Both the position numbers and the translations under genes were made by a program. Shown one piece after another: positions 58,714-64,000 of a DNA stretch of 64,000 nt; positions within the stretch are counted from its first letter, which is position 1; each line of letters begins with the position of its first letter. Below the pieces are notes generated by a model. That model saw nothing but the letters and a program-made list of their open reading frames with translations. It was not told where the DNA came from and ran no database searches. Source of the stretch: Diplonema japonicum (taxonomy: Eukaryota > Protista > Euglenozoa: Diplonemea); the NCBI GenBank assembly GCA_964019335.1, contig OZ025673.1, positions 248,001 through 312,000 of the forward strand. Reading direction: 5' to 3'.

Positions 58714-61700
58714 TTAACCACACAAGATGTTCGTCAACTCTTTTCCGTACTTTGCACGCAATTCTTGGATGCTGTTGAGGTGTGCAGATACCCTGAACCC
58801 TTCATGCTTTTGGTTCACGATCGAAGACGATGCTAAGAAAGCTGCGAGGTCAGTCTGTGCAACAAGAAGCGGCTTCATATACGCAAGACAAAGATATATG
58901 ATGCAAGGAAGACACTCGGGACCGTAGAGCAACGTTGCAGAGAGAGTCGAAAGAACATCCTGCCAATCCAAGAAATTGAGGAACATCTGGTGCGTCCAGA
59001 GGTTCACGACGTAAAAAGCAGGCGTGTCGTTCAAACGGAAGAGGTTCAAGAGTGGAAGGGCTTCCTTGTTCAACAGGTGTTCGACAGCAGCGGAGACTCG
59101 AAGCGTGTCGGATGGGGTACATTTGAAGAACTGCATTCCGGGGAGACGATTCACGCACTGTATCCTGTCCACCCCAAGAATAAACAGCACGACAGTAGTC
59201 CAATCGATAGTTGTTAGCATGCTTGACAGATCCGCTATGTGACTTTGTGTTTTGGATTGGTCCAGCAGCCCCAGGTACGTTCCGTACTTGACCCCTGCTG
59301 TTGCAGCCGCCTCTGCGTGCTGATGGGGTTCGGCAGGCACGCTGTCCACCTCTTCGATGCCCTCGCTCACGATGATGAACTGGAAGATCAATCTGAACAA
59401 CTTCTTGTTGTGCACCGGACTAGAGTCTAACAGCAGCGCACGCTTGAAGATATCCTTCACACCCTCGACCCACTCCTGTTTCGCTTCGTTCATCTCGTTG
59501 GAGACTGCCGTCAGGACCTGCTCCACCGCGTGTGCCAGTGATGTTGTCAGACTCGATAGGCTTACTGCTGGTTGTCCTGCTTCTTTCACCACCATCACGT
59601 CTGGCATGATGGGGTACGTCCATCCCCTTGGTGTCCATTCCTCCCTCTCGATATCTGACAATTCTGGTGCATTGCACTCCGGTGCCTCGCCTTCTTCGTC
59701 GTCGTATAAGACTCCGCAATGTGCTTCGTTCACAACCCCCAACGGCCCTTCTATGTCTGGTTGTTCCGCCCACAGGCCTTTGAAGAACAAGAATTCCCAG
59801 CAGGAGGACTGCTTCGGTAGCTGTCGTTCGCCCGGTCCCCCGATGACGCCCACAGCGCATAGCATGATGTGGCGTAGCAAAGACGCGGGGTGCAGAGTCA
59901 GATCGTGCATCTGCAGTGTCTGCAGTTCCTTCACCACGTCGTACTTGCTGATCAGCAGCAACGCTGAGTCGAGCAGCATGACAGAGCCCAAAGCAAGCGC
60001 ACTCAGGACCGACACTTCTACATCGCAATCGGCTTCCAGTTTCAACACCGCAGTAATGCTACGGTGCATGGCCTGCGTGGGGTTCTGCCACGTGGTGGAA
60101 CATATCATGGCTGCCCGCAGAAACTCCCAGTACCGCATGGTGAGTGCAGCAGAGTTGTCTTCTGTTTGCATCATGCAGTGCCCGTTTGTCTCTGCTTGCC
60201 AGTACCGCATGGCACCCTCTAGCCCTGGCACGCCTGGAATGGAAGTCACCTCACTCAACAGGTCCCCGCTCATCACCAACATCGTCAGCGCAGGGGTGCC
60301 CTCTGTGAGCACACCTACGGCACTACGCTTCACCACATGGTACATCAGGTCTGTATCACTAGCCACCGCACGAGCCACATACGGATTGTGGAGGCTCCCT
60401 ACCACTGGGTCAAGCCCCTCGAGGCCCCTTTCATTCACAACATTCTTCAACATGGTGACGATGTCATTGACAGGAGCGTGCACAGCAAGCGAAGGGAACT
60501 GTAAAATGGCTCTCGCGAGGGAGAGGGCCTCCTTGCGGAGGCGGGACTTCCAAGACCCTGCTTTGAGGAGGAACTTGACAACGATGGACAGCAGGCTGTC
60601 GCCCACAGGGTGGTGGGTCAAGATGTCGCGGCCTATCTTTTGCTTGGTGAGCTCAGTGAGAAAGCGCATCTCAGCAACAAGGGTGGCGGTGAGGACAGAG
60701 TCGAAGGGGCGCTCTTCCGCTGCGGCTGCAATGTCGATGAGCGGCAGTAGGTAGTTGTGCACCACCAGGTAAGACACGGAGGGGTCCACGAAGCTTGCGG
60801 AGAACGACAGCAGGCAAGAGTAGGTAGAAGAGATGACAGCAAATGGGTTTTTACTAGCAGCGTTTCCGTAAAGCCCACGCAGGCTGTGAAGGATGACTCC
60901 GTGCAAGGCTGTCGAGGCCACCAGATGGTCGTCAGACAACAGGAGCGATGTGTCGGATGTGTGCGTTGCGAACATATGCAAGTGCATCAGGTCAGACCCA
61001 TTCAGCACAACAGGGAACACTCGTCTCCCTTCTTCATATGTCAACGTGAGCGCAATAAGGCTAATACAGTGCAGTAGAAGCTGGTCGCTTTCGCATGCAG
61101 GGCTGTCTTTCGATGCTGTCTGCAGCATGCTCAACCGCTGTGCTGGCTGCAGCCCGTTCAGAGCTGCGACTGACTCGTCCACATTCTCGCAAAATGCAAC
61201 AAGACAGCACTCCCGCAGGAATCCAGGATTGGAGAAAATATAACTTCGGACCTTCGCGGACTTCATGTACAACTCGAACCAAAGTGCGGTGGGGTCGATG
61301 CTCGCAAAGATAGTGAGGACGGCACGCGAGGCAAGCATATTGGTGAGGCTGTGAAGGAGCCTTGGGAAGAAATCAATGTACATCCACTGCGTCTCAACAG
61401 TACAGAGGGAACGGTGGAGAAGACGGGCAGCGGCATAACTACCTTCATCTCTATCGAACAACCCGATGAGGGATGTTGTGATTTGCGCGGTTTGCCAACA
61501 TTCGCAAACTTTGATAACGGAGAGAAGGGTACGGAGTGCAACATGTGCGACAGGGGGCGACGAGGCAAGGCTGCGAACGAGGTTTTCTCGCATAGTGGGC
61601 CAGTCCTCTGTGTCGCAGATTTCAGCTGCCATGTTGTTCAAGGAAGTTAAGAGTGCGATTCGTGTGGTTTCGTCAGCTATCAATGTTACATCGACCATCA

Positions 61701-62232
61701 TATCTTCTACTTCGCTGCCTTCTTCGGTGTACCTGAGGGACACAGCGACACCAGACAACCTCATGGCGGTTTGTTTCACTGTTTTGTGGAATTCCATCAC
61801 ATCGTCCGGTTCGCACCACTCAGAAAGCTCGTCGTCGAGGGTGAAGATTTGCGCTGAGAGGCTTGTGCTTCTTTCATGGTTTCTTCCAGGCCTTGCTTGC
61901 GTTACCAATGGTAGCATATAGCCGTTTGTTTCTAGGTTTTCAGCCTCTTCGCTTATTTTGGCGTGGCATAGTTGGTATTCTTTGCTTTCCTTTGCTGATT
62001 TGACTGTTGTGAGCCAGACTTCTTCGGAGATATGGGTGTTTTCGGACGCGGCCATGATTCGATCTACTTTTTCGCCCAGAATTTTTGACGCCCTTTGTAC
62101 CAGTTCCAGATCCTCGTAGTCTTCATCAGTTTCCCCTAGAATGGCGAGCTGGCGTACGATGTCATCTTTCTTCCCAACGAACAGAGATTTCTTAGCCTGG
62201 CGTTCTTGGAGATCTCGTACGAGCTCCTCCAT
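58714..62232 (-). CDS. TBC1D32: Protein broad-minded (BROMI) homolog, ciliary TBC-like protein
   Basis: VGVIGGPGERQLP and the C-terminal VEHLLNKEALPL...LWTHQMFLNFLDWQDV...LYGPEC...GFRVSAHL segment recall the conserved TBC1D32 blocks (GGPLERILP; QCFWNYLDW...LGPDY...GFRVSDY). Confidence 0.82.
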   Translation of the reverse strand: MEELVRDLQERQAKKSLFVGKKDDIVRQLAILGETDEDYEDLELVQRASKILGEKVDRIMAASENTHISEEVWLTTVKSAKESKEYQLCHAKISEEAENLETNGYMLPLVTQARPGRNHERSTSLSAQIFTLDDELSEWCEPDDVMEFHKTVKQTAMRLSGVAVSLRYTEEGSEVEDMMVDVTLIADETTRIALLTSLNNMAAEICDTEDWPTMRENLVRSLASSPPVAHVALRTLLSVIKVCECWQTAQITTSLIGLFDRDEGSYAAARLLHRSLCTVETQWMYIDFFPRLLHSLTNMLASRAVLTIFASIDPTALWFELYMKSAKVRSYIFSNPGFLRECCLVAFCENVDESVAALNGLQPAQRLSMLQTASKDSPACESDQLLLHCISLIALTLTYEEGRRVFPVVLNGSDLMHLHMFATHTSDTSLLLSDDHLVASTALHGVILHSLRGLYGNAASKNPFAVISSTYSCLLSFSASFVDPSVSYLVVHNYLLPLIDIAAAAEERPFDSVLTATLVAEMRFLTELTKQKIGRDILTHHPVGDSLLSIVVKFLLKAGSWKSRLRKEALSLARAILQFPSLAVHAPVNDIVTMLKNVVNERGLEGLDPVVGSLHNPYVARAVASDTDLMYHVVKRSAVGVLTEGTPALTMLVMSGDLLSEVTSIPGVPGLEGAMRYWQAETNGHCMMQTEDNSAALTMRYWEFLRAAMICSTTWQNPTQAMHRSITAVLKLEADCDVEVSVLSALALGSVMLLDSALLLISKYDVVKELQTLQMHDLTLHPASLLRHIMLCAVGVIGGPGERQLPKQSSCWEFLFFKGLWAEQPDIEGPLGVVNEAHCGVLYDDEEGEAPECNAPELSDIEREEWTPRGWTYPIMPDVMVVKEAGQPAVSLSSLTTSLAHAVEQVLTAVSNEMNEAKQEWVEGVKDIFKRALLLDSSPVHNKKLFRLIFQFIIVSEGIEEVDSVPAEPHQHAEAAATAGVKYGTYLGLLDQSKTQSHIADLSSMLTTIDWTTVVLFILGVDRIQCVNRLPGMQFFKCTPSDTLRVSAAVEHLLNKEALPLLNLFRLNDTPAFYVVNLWTHQMFLNFLDWQDVLSTLSATLLYGPECLPCIIYLCLAYMKPLLVAQTDLAAFLASSSIVNQKHEGFRVSAHLNSIQELRAKYGKELTNILCG

Positions 62233-63186
62233 ATCAGGATTTTCTTTTTTTTTTTCTTTTGTTTTATATTAAAATCCTTTTTTTTCTTCCCCCCCCCGGC
62301 ATTGAACAATTAAAAAAAAATATTTTTTTCTTCAAAGGGGAAAGTGGTGGAAAGCGGGGGGGAGGGAAAGAAACGAGAAAAAAAAAGGGGGGTAGTAGTG
62401 GTGGAAAAAAAAAAAAAAAAAGGAACTAATTATACGAACAAGTAATGTGGATTGTGCAAAAAAAAAAAAAAGAATAAATAATAGTAATAATAAAAACTGG
62501 AAAAAAAAAAAAGAGATTAAACCTCCCTGCCATCCCCCATCGTCAATTAGGGTGGGGGGGGGTTCCTTTTTTTTCTTTTCTTTTTTTTTTTTCGTTCTTT
62601 TATTTGGTAGTAGTGAGAAGGGCTTTCAGTCTCTTGGACTCGCGTGTTTTCTTTTCGTTCGTTCTCCTCTCCTACTCACCACATGGTTTCTTTTTTTTTT
62701 TTTTTTTAATGGTTTGAAATGGATTTTTTGTTCCCAAAAGAAAAAAAAAGAAAAAAAAGGGGAGGGGGAGAATAAGAGAACAAGCACCCTTTTTTTTAAT
62801 TCTGACATTTCCTTCTTTTCAGACAACGTATGGTTCCCAGCAATCCTTGGCTGCTGTTTCTGGTTAGCTTCACCAGAGCTGTCTATTTTCTTGTTTGTTC
62901 TCTTTCCCCCCCCCCTATAAATAAAAAAACTCATTTCTCACCCGCGTCCTCCCCCACCTCCCCTTACTTATTTGTTTGCTATGCAACTGTTACAATTTCT
63001 TTTCTAAAAAACTTAGATTATTTGTAGTGCATAGTGCTGCCAACATTCTGTTGATTGTGTGTATCTTGCATGAGTTTGGAAAAATAGGTGCAATCCGAAA
63101 ATATATCTTTTTCTCCCTCTTTTTTTTTTTTTGTTACAAATATTTATCTTTCAAAAAATGATTTTATAACTATATGCAACTTGTGC

Positions 63187-63303
63187 CGAGCAAAAAATTT
63201 TCACAGCTTTTTAAAAAACCTTTTTTGCTCGTGCGAACAACAAAACTTCCTCTTTCATAAAGTCGACCACATCGCTGTATAATGTGTGTTACGATCTACT
63301 TGC

Positions 63304-63334
<31 letters not shown>

Positions 63335-63633
63335 GTTTCATCAAAAAATAATAACTATTAAGTCGACTTTATTTCCCGGGCGGAGATTTTCAACAATCCC
63401 GAGGTATTTGAGCACAGGCCGAGGGATAGTTATCCCCGCCAAGGGAAAGGGAAAGTCAACTTTAGTACCCTAATCTGTAATTTTACTTTTCCTATATTTT
63501 GCGCCCATGGTTGTCAGAACACTGTGATAGTAAGGCCTACAGGCCATGCGCCGACCCCTTTTTTGAAAGAAAACCCCTGTGGAAAATAAAGTACTTTATT
63601 GTCCTGCCGGGAAATAAAGTGCACTTTATTTCC
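63187..63633. repeat. Cluster of related palindromes / inverted repeats
   Basis: Perfect palindromes AATAAAGTACTTTATT (63585-63600) and GGAAATAAAGTGCACTTTATTTCC (63610-63633); related AAGTCGACTTTATTTCC (~63360) and GAAAGTCAACTTT (~63451); IR CGAGCAAAAAA/TTTTTTGCTCG (63187-63231). Confidence 0.7.
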
Positions 63634-63821
63634 ACTGGCCGGAGGGAAATATAGGACGAATAAAAATAAAAATTGATAGTTAAAACGCACCGTGATGGGC
63701 TAGCATCATCTTCATGCTGTCATCTGGGGTGTTAAAGAGTGACAAAAATTTTCAAAAAAAAAATCAAAAAAAAAAAAAAAAAAGGAGGCGCCACCCCTTT
63801 TTTTTATTTATCTGCGAAAAC

Positions 63822-63861
<40 letters not shown>

Positions 63862-64000
63862 AGGTTATCGGTTAAATATTTATGTACCACAAGTTGGTAG
63901 AATGAAAAAAGTAGTATTTTTAAATTTGTATGACACCAAATAAGAAAAAAAAAAAAAAAGAAAGAAAGAAAAAAAAAAGAGCTTTCTATTTTCTTCATGC

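Noticed and set aside
59357-60754. Long plus-strand ORFs (465 aa here; others inside PRPS, PLC, VPS13 and the ankyrin gene)
   Set aside because: Antisense shadows of well-supported minus-strand genes; no motifs.
63591-63601. GTACTTTATTG resembles the 3' end of euglenozoan spliced-leader exons
   Set aside because: No upstream SL exon sequence and no following GT donor; explained by the local palindrome.
1-64000. rRNA, intact tRNA, CRISPR array, non-standard genetic code
   Set aside because: No such genes or regularly spaced repeats were seen; long ORFs translate sensibly with the standard code and end in TAA, TAG or TGA.

Overview
Eukaryotic genomic DNA, most likely a euglenozoan protist (diplonemid-like; this is an inference). 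All ~21 supportable protein-coding loci lie head-to-tail on the minus strand, some only 64-84 bp apart, as in polycistronic, trans-spliced gene clusters. Most genes are intronless, but three carry short (47-68 nt) GT-AG introns and a fourth probably has a 547-nt intron. Non-coding DNA is dominated by very long A/T and G/C homopolymers. Recognisable genes: 2-RRM RNA-binding protein, PRPP synthetase, a fused TIGR04282-like (DUF2064/CofC-like) + TIGR04283-like (GT2) glycosyltransferase, kelch protein, STRAP, SPFH/band-7 protein plus a tandem pseudogene, Ubl-ankyrin protein, PI-PLC with tandem Tudor-like domains, dual-specificity phosphatase, multi-IQ protein, MOCS3/UBA4, VPS13 and BROMI/TBC1D32. 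A decayed piggyBac element with intact TIRs, a deleted derivative of it, and two small dispersed repeat families are also present. The most interesting leads are the bacterial-type arsenosugar-associated glycosyltransferase fusion, poly(A)-rich mini-introns without a pyrimidine tract, a structured dispersed repeat, a tRNA-like 72-bp insert, and direct evidence of homopolymer expansion in neutral DNA. All family calls come from motif recognition, not database searches.
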